This document shows positions 63,401 to 64,000 of a DNA stretch of 64,000 nt, in pieces. The DNA comes from Lama glama. Lineage: Eukaryota. The position numbers were made by a program, and so were the translations under genes. How positions within the stretch are numbered: position 1 is the first letter of the stretch; each line of letters starts with the position of its first letter. The stretch spans positions 4,464,001 to 4,528,000 of the forward strand of contig JAPYYK010000086.1 of assembly GCA_028534125.1 (NCBI GenBank), given 5' to 3'. The notes under the pieces are model-generated. The model searched no databases. It was given only the letters and a program-made list of their open reading frames with translations, and was not told where the DNA came from.

Positions 63401-64000
63401 GATTTCTCCCATAGTTGTGCTGTGCAGGTGGTCCGTTTCCTTTGTTTATGGAAATTTAGGTATAATTCTTTGTGATCTGTGTGGGAAGCACATAATGAAG
63501 CAAGTCCGTCATTATTAATAACTGGCAACTGGGGTAACACTGATCCATGGACTGCTTCAGTGCCCGTGGTGGAAATAATTATGATAGATTTTTCTCAGTT
63601 ACATCGTTCTCTTTCACGGTACTCAGCAACAGGTGCACATTCCCCCATGATGAGTTACACCACAGTTTCAAGGCAAATGTTAAAATACCCAGGCAAATAA
63701 ATATAAACTCTGATAGGAAATTCTCTCACTTTTGTCTCTCAGTTTTATAGTACTTCCCAGAGGCGAGCACTACAAATAAAAGACGCTTATTTAGGAGAAT
63801 TCCCAATATAAAATTCTCAAATACCACAACGTAAGGATGTGAATCTAGAGGTCCAAAAAGCTTTTCTGAACCTCAGAGAAATAGCATGGTAAGTGGGGAC
63901 CAAGCATTTGACCCCCTCGCCATCCTAACTTCTCTGGTCCTCAGTTCCCTTCTTTTCTTAAAGAATAAGATATAAAATTGGGTGATCTCTAAGTGCCTTC

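Larger units (their letters stand above)
1..64000 (-). other. CNTN4: Internal portion of the CNTN4 gene; the window starts and ends in introns
   Basis: Five phase-compatible internal exons with no start or stop codon. The preceding (Ig2) and following (rest of Ig5) exons were not found in the window. Confidence 0.9.

Noticed and set aside
1-64000. CRISPR array, prokaryotic operon, viral or foreign insert
   Set aside because: No regularly spaced repeats, long ORFs or compositional break were seen. Everything fits a mammalian intron-rich locus.

Overview
Mammalian genomic DNA, most likely from a camelid (alpaca/camel lineage, judged from two Vic-1-like tRNA-derived SINEs and the cetartiodactyl-type L1 3' ends). 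The whole window lies inside CNTN4 (contactin-4, minus strand). Five consecutive coding exons (103, 185, 137, 130 and 151 nt, all GT-AG, phases chaining correctly) encode the Ig2-Ig3 linker through the start of Ig5; three of the five are missing from the supplied ORF track. The rest is intron: old eutherian repeats (L2, MIR, MLT1, MER5/58/63, Tigger derivatives), younger 5'-truncated L1 3' ends, microsatellites and two N-gaps. I found no evidence of a wholly new biological system. The best leads are: (i) L1 insertions showing twin-primed 5' inversions, nesting and short 3' transductions, all readable from their target-site duplications (TSDs); (ii) apparent loss of the Met that starts the human short CNTN4 isoform, with a Met 39 codons downstream; (iii) three frame-preserving micro/cryptic exon candidates; (iv) an RE1/REST-like site and several homeodomain/MEIS/SOX/POU motif clusters. 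Repeat names and human comparisons come from memory of consensus sequences, not from a search, and old-repeat boundaries are approximate.
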